From Desulfuromonadales bacterium (GTDB lineage: Bacteria; Desulfobacterota; Desulfuromonadia; Desulfuromonadales; JACZKF01), in the NCBI GenBank assembly GCA_014860175.1, contig JACZKF010000283.1:1-41690 (forward strand): a stretch of DNA of 41,690 nucleotides, in the 5' to 3' direction. A model generated the notes under the pieces. That model made no database searches, was not told where the DNA came from, and worked only from the letters and a program-made list of their open reading frames with translations. Of the stretch, positions 17,095-25,305 are shown piece after piece. Numbering within the stretch: the first letter of the stretch is position 1; each line of letters begins with the position of its first letter. A program made the position numbers and the translations under genes.

Positions 17095-17156
17095 TGACCC
17101 ACAGTCTGACTTACGGTCACAATAGACAGGAGTAGATGCCTTGTCAAGAAAAAAAC
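17095..17156 (-). promoter_or_regulatory. sigma70-type promoter P1 plus 25-bp dyad operator for the SDR-carboxylase operon
   Basis: The minus strand reads TTTTTTTCTTGACA-N17-TATTGT (-35 at 17142-17147, -10 at 17119-17124). It is followed directly by TGACCnnnnGTCnGACnnnnGGTCA (17095-17119). Confidence 0.6.
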
Positions 17157-17356
17157 AGTGTCTCATTCTGCTCAGGATCTACTTTTTATCCAGGCGAAAA
17201 TACAGTCAAGATCCTTATGTTCTAGTTGGTTTGAGGCGCCAAAAATTGTTTTGACAATCTATTTTTTTCGGCAAGTCTGGACAGGACAGCGGGACAGGAA
17301 GGGGGGTTTTTCGGCTCGCTCAGCGGCGACGTGCTCGGTCGGCGCGCCGGGAAACA

Positions 17357-17390
17357 GGGCGGGCGGATGCAGCAAGGCACCAGCCCGCCC
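17357..17390 (-). terminator. candidate terminator hairpin after the SRPBCC gene
   Basis: GGGCGGGC / GCCCGCCC 8-bp arms with an 18-nt loop. The weak U-tract TGTTT follows on the minus strand. Confidence 0.3.
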
Positions 17391-17438
17391 GGCAGAATGG
17401 CCAGACTTCGCGGGAACCGAAGTGATGAGAGAAGCTGA

Positions 17439-17879
17439 TCAGCGTTCCGCCGCGGCTTTCAGCCCTCTGAACATCAGGGCGTACGCCGCGCGGAGAAATC
17501 CGTCCACGGCCGCTGCGCTCTCCTGGTCGGTGCTGTAGACGCCCTTGTAGTCGATGCGGCAGCTGGCCGGTCCGGTTTCGGTGAGGGTGCCGATGGCGTT
17601 GTACGAGTTCATTCCCGGGGGGAGTTCCCCGACGATCGAGAGTTTCCAGGTTTTGGTCTGCGCATCGAGATGGTCCAGGCGCTCACTGATCGGCTTGGGA
17701 AAGCCTTCGTTGTAAATGTGACGGATCATCCCGACCCCCTGCCCCTCGTTCTTCACTCGGGCGATTCTTACCGGCCCATCCTTGGGCCACCAGGCCTGGA
17801 TATTGCCGTAGTCTGCCAGCAGGGACCAAACCGCGGCGGCGGGAGCATTGACATCCTGGGATGTGGTAATTTCGGCCAT
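17439..17879 (-). CDS. SRPBCC (START/polyketide-cyclase-like) ligand-binding protein
   Basis: 146 aa. The N-terminal ...VNAPAAAVWSLLADYGNIQAWWP pattern is typical of SRPBCC proteins. GGAGGA SD is present. Confidence 0.7.
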   Translation of the reverse strand: MAEITTSQDVNAPAAAVWSLLADYGNIQAWWPKDGPVRIARVKNEGQGVGMIRHIYNEGFPKPISERLDHLDAQTKTWKLSIVGELPPGMNSYNAIGTLTETGPASCRIDYKGVYSTDQESAAAVDGFLRAAYALMFRGLKAAAER

Positions 17880-17955
17880 GATCGATTTCCTCCAGCGTTA
17901 GGGTGAGCGGATGACGGTTCCCGAAACCAGGGAAACCGTGCCAGCCGCCTGTGTG

Positions 17956-18729
17956 TCAACGGCCGGTAAATTTGGGCTTTCTTTTCTCCTTGAAGGCCTG
18001 GCGTCCCTCCTTCACGTCCTGCATGAGGAGCAGGCCCGGGCTTAAAAGGTCCTCCCAGCGGTAATCGTCATCCATGCCGCGGTGCATCATCCGCCGGATC
18101 ACCTCGATAGGGAGTTGCGGGCAAGCCGCAATCTGATTGGCGACCCGCAGAGCTTCGGTCAGGACCTGGTCGGGGGGGACCACCGTATTGACGATGCCGA
18201 ACTTCTCGGCCTGATGGGCGTCGATCATCTGGCCGGTGAGCAGAAGCTGGGCCAGCCGCTTCCTTCCGACCACCTCCCTGGCCCGACCGAGCATGATCAC
18301 GTGGACCGCGCCGAAGGTCGCCCCCGGCAGAGAAAACTTGGCCTTTTCCGAGGCGATGGTGATGTCGCTGACAATCGCCACTTTGCAGCCGTAGCCGATC
18401 GCCGCTCCGTTCACCGCCGCGATGACCGGCTGGCGGATATTCTCCAGACGTCGGAACGCCGTGGCGTCGATGCGGATGTAATCGGTCGACTGCTTCAGAT
18501 CGTCGAAATCAAGCTCCTCCAGATCGGCCCCGGCGCTGAACGCCTTCTCCCCTGAGCCGGTAATGACGACCGCGCGGATCTCGTCATCCGCGTCGATGCG
18601 GCCGAGCAGCCGATCCAGCTCCTTGTACATGGTGGTGTTGCAGGCGTTGAGTTTGTCCGGCCGGTTCATCGTAATGACGGCAACCGCGTCTTTTCTCTCA
18701 TAGAGAAGCGTCTCGAATTCTTCCTTCAT
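17956..18729 (-). CDS. crotonase-superfamily protein (enoyl-CoA hydratase/isomerase family, non-canonical active site)
   Basis: ITMNRPDKLNA and GAAIGYGCKVAIVSD...FSLPGATFG. Both canonical catalytic Glu positions appear substituted (Lys, Gly). AGGAGG SD is present. Confidence 0.85.
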   Translation of the reverse strand: MKEEFETLLYERKDAVAVITMNRPDKLNACNTTMYKELDRLLGRIDADDEIRAVVITGSGEKAFSAGADLEELDFDDLKQSTDYIRIDATAFRRLENIRQPVIAAVNGAAIGYGCKVAIVSDITIASEKAKFSLPGATFGAVHVIMLGRAREVVGRKRLAQLLLTGQMIDAHQAEKFGIVNTVVPPDQVLTEALRVANQIAACPQLPIEVIRRMMHRGMDDDYRWEDLLSPGLLLMQDVKEGRQAFKEKRKPKFTGR

Positions 18730-18822
18730 CGGGTGAACCTCCTGAAAGTCTTGGCAGATGCGGGCCTTTTGGCCGGCACGGGGGAACGTTCAAGACGAGG
18801 CGGAATACACCTCAATCTATTA

Positions 18823-18885
18823 TGACCAGCGGTCGGACTAGTGGTCAAAATAGGTCCGGGGCATTCAGTCTGTCAAGAAAAAAAC
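18823..18885 (-). promoter_or_regulatory. sigma70-type promoter P2 plus 25-bp dyad operator (near-duplicate of P1)
   Basis: The minus strand reads TTTTTTTCTTGACA-N18-TATTTT (-35 at 18871-18876, -10 at 18847-18852). It is followed by TGACCagcgGTCgGACtagtGGTCA (18823-18847). Confidence 0.6.
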
Positions 18886-19180
18886 GGTGTCTTTTTTTAG
18901 CGAAGAGGGGCTGCTGGGCAATCGTCAGGAGGGGTGAAGATCCACTATCTACTTATTCGGGAATGGAAATTTGAATTGCCGGCTGCCGCCTTGAGAGTGC
19001 TAAGGATCGCGACCGGGAGCGCAACCCGCCTTAAACAAATGAAGGAAAATGGGATATTTTTCCAGGAATTAAACAGGGTACTACCTGAACAGAGTGGGAA
19101 AGCTGAGAAGCTGACGCCGGGAACCGCCACGGCCGTGCGTCGCGCCAGCCGGCAGCCGCGACCCGGGGAATAACCACACC

Positions 19181-19822
19181 TTATGCCATCTGGACCTTCC
19201 CGGGGACTCTGATTCCGAAATCGGGAACGCATTCTTTGTCCAGCATGCGTTCCAAGATATGCTGGATCGTGGAATGGATCCGCATTTTCCTGGCCGGGTT
19301 TGCTTCACAGCAGATCTGTTTTGCATACAGATCCAGAAGGATGACCAGTGCTTCGGCCATTTCCGAGGCGTGCGGGACATCCAAAAGACCTTTGGCCGAC
19401 CCTTCTTCCAGAACCCCCGCCAGCAAGGGGCTCATTTTTTCCATGGCCGTTTTGATCAGTTGGTTATACAGAGTCAGGTTGTTCTCATGGTAGACGAATT
19501 TCCAGATCTTTTCGTTTTTGTTCACATCATGGTTGATCGCGCTTAGCATCGTCTTTATGCGGGCATAGACGTCCTCTCCTTTGGCGTCATGGGCGCTTTG
19601 CAAATCGCCCTGCGTATCGCTCAGGAGTTTTTCGCTGACGGCAACCAGAAGCGCTTCCTTCGATCGAAAATGGTAATAGAAGGTCCCCTTGGCCAGCTCA
19701 AGCCGATTCACGATGTCGCTGATGGTGGTATTGTCATAGCCATGCATCAGAAACATCTCCTCGGCGACGGCAATCAGTTTGTTGCGCCGCTCGATCTCGA
19801 CCTGCCTGGACACCCTGGGCAT
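19181..19822 (-). CDS. TetR/AcrR-family transcriptional regulator (TetR1)
   Basis: N-terminal HTH RRNKLIAVAEEMFLMHGYDNTTISDIVNRLELAKGTFYYHFRSKE. The start is moved to ATG 19822 with a GAGGGGA SD. Confidence 0.9.
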   Translation of the reverse strand: MPRVSRQVEIERRNKLIAVAEEMFLMHGYDNTTISDIVNRLELAKGTFYYHFRSKEALLVAVSEKLLSDTQGDLQSAHDAKGEDVYARIKTMLSAINHDVNKNEKIWKFVYHENNLTLYNQLIKTAMEKMSPLLAGVLEEGSAKGLLDVPHASEMAEALVILLDLYAKQICCEANPARKMRIHSTIQHILERMLDKECVPDFGIRVPGKVQMA

Positions 19823-19936
19823 AGAGTTTTCCCCTCGATTGTTTAAGTCAATGGGTGAACAGGAATCCACCACCCTGCCAGGATAACGCACTGTCGAGCG
19901 GGTGGCCTCCACCCGGACGGCCAAGCCGAAGCATCC

Positions 19937-19975
19937 TGACCACGAGTCATAATATGCCGGTCGGTTCCAAGTCAA
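19937..19975 (-). promoter_or_regulatory. candidate tetR1 promoter with a single TGACC-N4-GTC half-operator
   Basis: + strand TGACCACGAGTC at 19937-19948. On the minus strand there is TTGACT (19970-19975) and an A/T-rich -10 region (TATTAT/TTATGA, 19947-19954). Confidence 0.35.
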
Positions 19976-20182
19976 GCAGAAATGTTGCTTGTCTTATCCT
20001 TCATCCCACCGCGCCCACACCTCCGACCGGAAGAAAAAACCGCTCCGCGACTTGACCATGACTCGCACGAGTCCCTATCCTGGAAGAAGGCAAAGCGCAC
20101 CTCTCACCGACTCGACCGAAAACCGGGGGGAGGGAATCGACGGTGTAGACCCAGCGGGTTTCACGCCTAAGCTGTTTATCCC

Positions 20183-20243
20183 TTGACATGACCGGAGGAC
20201 ATGCGATATTAAAAGACATGATGTAACGACCGGTCGATTGGTC
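20183..20243 (+). promoter_or_regulatory. candidate promoter and operators of the thiolase operon
   Basis: TTGACA (20183-20188)-N18-TATTAA (20207-20212). TGACCGGAGGAC abuts the -35 (20189-20200). ACGACCGGTCGA palindrome at 20226-20237. Confidence 0.45.
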
Positions 20244-20327
20244 CCCTCCGGCCGATATTGTCCGTTTGAAGGGTCGGCTCGACGCCGGGTTCCCCAGGGG
20301 AAACAAACCAGGAAAGGGTAAATTGCT

Positions 20328-21536
20328 ATGGCACGCGAAGCCTACATCTTCGACGCAATTCGAACTCCCCGCGGCAAAGGAAAGAAAGACGGCTCCCTGT
20401 ACGAAGTCAAGCCGGTTACGCTGCTGAGCAACGTTCTGTGCGACCTGCAGGAACGCAATCGCCTTGACACCTCGCAGGTCGAGGACCTGATTATCGGTTG
20501 CGTCACCCCGATTGGCGAGCAGGGGGGGAACATTGCCAAAACGGCAGCCCTGGCGGCCGGGTGGGACGAGATTGTCGCCGCCTTCCAGCTCAACCGCTAC
20601 TGCGCCTCGGGGCTGGAGGCGGTGAACCTCGCGGCGATGAAGGTGCGCTCCGGCTGGGAGGAACTGGTCGTCGCCGGCGGCGTCGAATCGATGTCCCGGG
20701 TCGCCATGGGCTCGGACGGCAGCCCCAACGCCTTGGATCCGGAGACGAGCATCAACACGGCGTTCATCCCCCAGGGCGTGTCTGCCGACCTGATCGCCAC
20801 CCTGGAGGGGTTTTCCCGCGAAGACGTCGACCGCTTCGCCCTCGAATCGCAGCGAAAAGCGGCCGCGGCTTCGGAAAAGGGTTACTTTGCCAAATCGCTG
20901 GTTCCGGTCAGGGATCGCAACGGCCTGACCATCCTCGCCCATGATGAATTCATCCGCAAGGACGCCACCATGGACGGCATGCGGCAGCTCAAGCCCTCTT
21001 TCGAGGCGATGGGCGCCGCCGGCTTCGATGCCATCGCGCTGACCAAATATCCCCAGCTCAAGGCGATCAACCATGTCCATTCTCCGGCCAACTCCTCCGG
21101 CATCGTCGATGGCGCCGCGGTTATCCTGATCGGCTCCGAGGCCAAAGGGAAGGCCCTTGGGCTCAAACCCCGCGCCCGCATCGTCGCCGGGGCGGTGACC
21201 AGCACCGAGCCGACGATCATGCTGACCGGGCCGACCGCCGCTACCCGCAAAGTCCTCGCTATTGCCGGCATGAGCCTTGACGACATCGATCTTTTCGAGG
21301 TCAACGAGGCCTTCGCCGCCGTGGTCATGAAGTTCCAGCGCGACCTGAATGTCCCGGACGAGAAGGTCAATGTCAACGGCGGCGCCATCGCCATGGGTCA
21401 CCCCCTGGGCGCCACCGGGGCGGTGATCCTCAGTACCGTTCTCGATGAGCTCGAGCGCCGGAATCAACGCTATGGCCTGGCGACGCTCTGCGTCGGCGGC
21501 GGCATGGGGATCGCGACCATCATCGAGCGGCTGTAA
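20328..21536 (+). CDS. acetyl-CoA C-acyltransferase (thiolase)
   Basis: 402 aa, [20 protein letters not shown]..., [11 protein letters not shown] (active-site Cys) and C-terminal CVGGGMG motif. Confidence 0.93.
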   Translation: MAREAYIFDAIRTPRGKGKKDGSLYEVKPVTLLSNVLCDLQERNRLDTSQVEDLIIGCVTPIGEQGGNIAKTAALAAGWDEIVAAFQLNRYCASGLEAVNLAAMKVRSGWEELVVAGGVESMSRVAMGSDGSPNALDPETSINTAFIPQGVSADLIATLEGFSREDVDRFALESQRKAAAASEKGYFAKSLVPVRDRNGLTILAHDEFIRKDATMDGMRQLKPSFEAMGAAGFDAIALTKYPQLKAINHVHSPANSSGIVDGAAVILIGSEAKGKALGLKPRARIVAGAVTSTEPTIMLTGPTAATRKVLAIAGMSLDDIDLFEVNEAFAAVVMKFQRDLNVPDEKVNVNGGAIAMGHPLGATGAVILSTVLDELERRNQRYGLATLCVGGGMGIATIIERL

Positions 21537-21577
21537 ACGACACTTGAATACCAACCAATAATCGACAGGTGGGACCT

Positions 21578-22429
21578 ATGAGCGGATTTCGCTATGAAAA
21601 AGACGGTGACAAAATCGTAACCATCTCCCTGGATCTGCCGGCGGGCCCGGTCTCCAGCGAAACCATCTCCCGCAGTCTCGATGAAGTGATCGCCCGTCTG
21701 GAAAGCGACGATGTCGCCGGGGTGGTCATCGCCTCCGGCAAGGAACCGTTTTCCTCCAGGGCGAGCGCCCGGGAGCTGCTGAACTTCCCGAAGCTGAGCC
21801 GCAAGGACGTTTATGACCGGCTGGCCGCCCTCAAGGTCCGGTTGCGGCGGCTGGAGAGCCTCGGCAAACCGGTGGTGGCAGCGATCGGCGACAATGCCCT
21901 GGGCGCGGAGTTCGAGATTTTTCTCGCCGCCCACCACCGGGTCGCCGTCAACCGGCCCGACCTGCTGATCGGTCTTCCCGATGTCGCGGCCGGCCTGCTC
22001 CCCAGTCTCGGCGGCCTGGTGCGGCTCGTCTACCTGCTGGGTCTGGAAAAGGCCCTCCCCCTGCTGCAGGACGGGGTGCGTCTGAGCCCGGAGAAGGCGT
22101 GTGAAGTCGGCCTGATCAATGAACTGGTCGCCGATGCCGACGATCTCCTTTCCCGAGCGAAAACCTGGATCAAGGCGAACCCGGCCGCCGCCCAGGCGTG
22201 GGACAAAAAAGGCTACCAGATCCCGGGCGGGACGCCGGCGCACCCGCGCATTGCCCAGATGATCATCACCGCCCCGGCGATTTTGAGAAAGAAGAACGAT
22301 CCGACTCGCCCCACCCAGGAAGCGATCCTCTGCGCGGCGGTGGAAGGCGCCCAGGTCGATCTCGACTCGGCCCTGCGCATCGAGTCGCGTTATCTGGTGG
22401 AGCTCCTGTTCTCGGGGGCGAAGGCGTAG
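21578..22429 (+). CDS. stand-alone FadB/FadJ N-terminal-like crotonase-fold protein (no 3-hydroxyacyl-CoA dehydrogenase domain)
   Basis: GDNALGAEFEIFLAAHHR...IGLPDVAAGLLPSLGGLVRL resembles the hydratase domain of multifunctional FadB. ATG 21578 has an AGGTGG SD 5 nt upstream. The track start at 21569 is a GTG. Confidence 0.7.
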   Translation: MSGFRYEKDGDKIVTISLDLPAGPVSSETISRSLDEVIARLESDDVAGVVIASGKEPFSSRASARELLNFPKLSRKDVYDRLAALKVRLRRLESLGKPVVAAIGDNALGAEFEIFLAAHHRVAVNRPDLLIGLPDVAAGLLPSLGGLVRLVYLLGLEKALPLLQDGVRLSPEKACEVGLINELVADADDLLSRAKTWIKANPAAAQAWDKKGYQIPGGTPAHPRIAQMIITAPAILRKKNDPTRPTQEAILCAAVEGAQVDLDSALRIESRYLVELLFSGAKA

Positions 22430-22479
22430 TCATCATCCGCCGAACCGCCCCCCGGGCCGCATCCGCAACCGGAGTTCCC

Positions 22480-23493
22480 ATGAGTCAAAACCGACAGATT
22501 ATCCTGAAACAACGGCCCCAGGGGGCGATCAGGGAAGCCGACTTCGCGGTGCGGGAAGCCGCCGTTCCGCTCCTCGAACCGGGTCAGTTTCTGGTACAGA
22601 ACAGCCATTTCTCTCTCGATGCCGGCTTTCGTAAATGGATGAACGAGGGGGCGGATGACAACTACCTGACCGCCATGCCCCTCGATGCCCCGGTGCAGAG
22701 CATTGTGCTGGGCCGGGTGGTGGAATCGCACCACTCGTCTTACCCTGCCGACACCCTCGTCCTGGGGCGCTCGGCATGGGAATCGTACAGCGTTTTCAGC
22801 GACGCCGATTTCGTGCAGAAACTCGCCGTCGACTCTTCCTTTCCCCTCCATGAATACCTCGCCACTCTCGGCCCGACCGGACTGACCGCCTATTTCGGCC
22901 TGCTCGACATCGGCCGGCCGAAGGCGGGGGAGACGGTACTGGTCAGCGCCGCCGGCGGCGCCGTCGGCTCGGTCGTCGGACAGATCGCCAAAATTCTCGG
23001 CTGCCGCACCGTCGGCATCGCCAGCTCGGCGGAGAAGTGTCTCTGGTTGAAAGAACAGCTGGGCTACGACGCCACCATCAACCACCAGGCACCGGAAGGG
23101 CTGGAGCCCCAGCTCCGGCGTGAATTGCCGGAGGGATTTGACATCTACTTCGACAATGTCGGCGGCCGGATGCTCGACCTAGCCCTGCTGCACATGAAGG
23201 AGCGCGCCCGCGTCGTCCTTTGCGGGGCAATTTCCGAATACGACAAGACCGGTGAACATACCGGCATCCATCACCTGTGGGAGTTCATCACCAAGCGGGC
23301 AATGGCGGCCGGATTCATGTTCAGCGACTACGTCGAGGAATATCCGGCGGCAATTCAGCAGATGGCCGCCTGGATCGGCCAGGGGAAGCTGAAGAGCGTG
23401 GTCGAAATATACCAGGGTATCGAGGCGACACCGAGGGCGTTTTGCGACATGATGGAAGGGAGAAACCGCGGCAAATGCATTGTCAGGCTCTAG
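22480..23493 (+). CDS. NADP-dependent medium-chain oxidoreductase, alkenal/one (enone) reductase-like (YncB/CurA/PTGR1 family)
   Basis: MSQNRQIILKQRPQGAIREADF..., AAGGAVGSVVGQIAK cofactor motif, and the C-terminal ...GKCIVRL family ending. ATG 22480 has a GGAG SD. The long 5' extension in the track overlaps the previous gene. Confidence 0.85.
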   Translation: MSQNRQIILKQRPQGAIREADFAVREAAVPLLEPGQFLVQNSHFSLDAGFRKWMNEGADDNYLTAMPLDAPVQSIVLGRVVESHHSSYPADTLVLGRSAWESYSVFSDADFVQKLAVDSSFPLHEYLATLGPTGLTAYFGLLDIGRPKAGETVLVSAAGGAVGSVVGQIAKILGCRTVGIASSAEKCLWLKEQLGYDATINHQAPEGLEPQLRRELPEGFDIYFDNVGGRMLDLALLHMKERARVVLCGAISEYDKTGEHTGIHHLWEFITKRAMAAGFMFSDYVEEYPAAIQQMAAWIGQGKLKSVVEIYQGIEATPRAFCDMMEGRNRGKCIVRL

Positions 23494-23680
23494 CCGGGTG
23501 CAGCGATCCGGCAATTGACAAGCAGGCGATCACCGAGGTGATCTATCGGTACCCGGGCATCGGATTCTGATCAGAGAACGGGCCGGGAGCGACTACTCCT
23601 ACCAGGTTGTGGCCAATCTTCTGCGCAGAGCTGCGCTCCCGAGAAAAACCGGGACCCTTCGACGCACACCGACCTCCGAC

Positions 23681-24121
23681 TCACAGCGGCACTGCCGCGG
23701 GCTTCTGCAGGAAGGCTTTGAAGGTCTCCGGAACTCTCTCCAACCGCCTCTGGTCGTAATCGAAGAAGAGCATAGTCATTTTGGCTCGTGCCGCTTCCTT
23801 TCCGGAGCTCTCCTTGACCAGGCGGAAGATGAGGTCGAACCCGTAAGGTCCGTTTTCGAAGAGCGCCAGGTCGACCCGCAAACTTTCGCCGTACAGGGTC
23901 TCGGCCGTGACCAGCACAGAGAATTCCGGATTGATGAAGCCCGGCTTTTCGATATATCCGGAGAAACCATGCTCGCGCAGGAAATGGAAAAAAGCTTCGT
24001 TCAGGTAAGCGACCAGCATGTGGTTGCCCAGATGCAGCCCCCCCCCTAATTCGCTCAGGCGGACCTGCAGCCGGGTAGAATAGCTGAAAGTCTCTGGTAG
24101 ATCGATCTGAAGCCTGGCCAT
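23681..24121 (-). CDS. hotdog-fold acyl-CoA thioesterase (4HBT-like)
   Basis: 146 aa from ATG 24121 (MARLQIDLPETF...), GGAGGAG SD, with size and pattern of 4HBT-type thioesterases. It begins 14 nt after the MBL stop. Confidence 0.65.
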   Translation of the reverse strand: MARLQIDLPETFSYSTRLQVRLSELGGGLHLGNHMLVAYLNEAFFHFLREHGFSGYIEKPGFINPEFSVLVTAETLYGESLRVDLALFENGPYGFDLIFRLVKESSGKEAARAKMTMLFFDYDQRRLERVPETFKAFLQKPAAVPL

Positions 24122-24135
24122 GGTCTCCTCCTGTG

Positions 24136-25107
24136 CTAGCTGAGCCGGAAGAAAATCCTGCCGTCCACGATCTCCCTTCGCACCAACCCCTGCTCCTGCA
24201 CGTATTTCAAATGAGCGATCGCCTCGCCGGTTGCAAACCATCGCTGGGCGACATGCAGACGTTCCCAGGAGGAAAACCGGATATCCCAGCTCATGCGGGC
24301 GGCCACCTGGTAAGCGTCCTGCCCGCCAGCGGCCAGGATTGTCAGGACCTCCTCGGCCCGTTGCCGGTGGTGTTCCTTGAGTTCGGCGATCCTCTGCCGA
24401 TGGTTGCCGAAGAGCCGGCGATGCCCCGGCAGAACGAGATCGATCTCGAGGCCGGCGATCTTGTCGAGGCTGGCGAGATAATCGCCCAGGGCATTTTCCG
24501 TGTCGGACCAGAGCTGGATGTTGGGGCTGATATCGATGAAAAGATGGTCACCGGCCACGAGCAGTCTCTTGCGCGGCTCGTAAAGGCAGATATGCCCCTT
24601 GGTGTGCCCCGGGGTTTCGACGCACCGGAACTCGTAACCGCCGACCGCCAGCAGATCCCCCTCGGCCATCAGCCGCAAGTCCGGCTTCCATTGGCCGCCG
24701 AAGCGGATGCCGGGGTGGAAACTCAGGCCGTTCCGCAGTTCCTCGGCGGGGAATCCCGACAGGATGGCGTATCGGAGCATGGCGCCGATGCCGAGATCAC
24801 CCTCGATCAGTTCCGCTTCCGGCCGGTTGAAATAGATCCTAGAGACGCCCGGCTTGGCGAAACTGGAGATCTGGCTGAAGTGGTCGGCATGCAGGTGGGT
24901 GATGAAGAAATCGGTCTGCCAGAGGTCTATCCCGAGCTGCCGCAGCCCTGAACGCAGCGCCCGGCGACAATCGGGATGATTGAGACCGGTATCGATGATC
25001 AGGTTACGATCTTGCCCCCGGACCACATACGAGTTTAAACTCCTGAGGGGCGTCGCCGGCAGCGGGATCTCTATCCGGAAAAGGTCTGCGGCGATCTCTT
25101 CGGCCAT
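24136..25107 (-). CDS. MBL-fold metallo-hydrolase
   Basis: ITHLHADHF (HxHxDH) motif and downstream His/Asp ligands (TPGHTKGH, AGDHLF). Confidence 0.88.
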   Translation of the reverse strand: MAEEIAADLFRIEIPLPATPLRSLNSYVVRGQDRNLIIDTGLNHPDCRRALRSGLRQLGIDLWQTDFFITHLHADHFSQISSFAKPGVSRIYFNRPEAELIEGDLGIGAMLRYAILSGFPAEELRNGLSFHPGIRFGGQWKPDLRLMAEGDLLAVGGYEFRCVETPGHTKGHICLYEPRKRLLVAGDHLFIDISPNIQLWSDTENALGDYLASLDKIAGLEIDLVLPGHRRLFGNHRQRIAELKEHHRQRAEEVLTILAAGGQDAYQVAARMSWDIRFSSWERLHVAQRWFATGEAIAHLKYVQEQGLVRREIVDGRIFFRLS

Positions 25108-25270
25108 GATTCCCTAAGGATGCAAACCCGGCCCGCCGGTTATCGACAGACCCGGCCTGGAGTGTTGCGGGAGGCCGTCGCGCCGGGCTGGCGGCATGAA
25201 CCGGGTCGGCATAGTTCAACTCGGATCGGTTGTCGCCGGCAAGCCGTCGGCACCGAGCGATCCGTAGGCG

Positions 25271-25303
25271 GTTGGAAAAATTTGGGGGGCAGAATCGCCC
25301 CCC
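25271..25303 (-). terminator. Rho-independent terminator after tetR2
   Basis: GGGGGGC-N6-GCCCCCC (25284-25303) starts right after the stop codon and is followed on the minus strand by AAATTTTT. Confidence 0.55.
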
Positions 25304-25305
25304 AT

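Noticed and set aside
22198-22479. 5' extension of the MDR oxidoreductase ORF (track start 22198). Similar long N-terminal extensions exist for 3282-4190, 5033-6802, 16129-16989, 19181-19975, 23681-24241, 25306-26013, 30399-31844 and 34902-36494.
   Set aside because: The extensions overlap upstream genes or intergenic promoters and lack family similarity. In each case an internal ATG or GTG with a good SD coincides with the expected family N-terminus.
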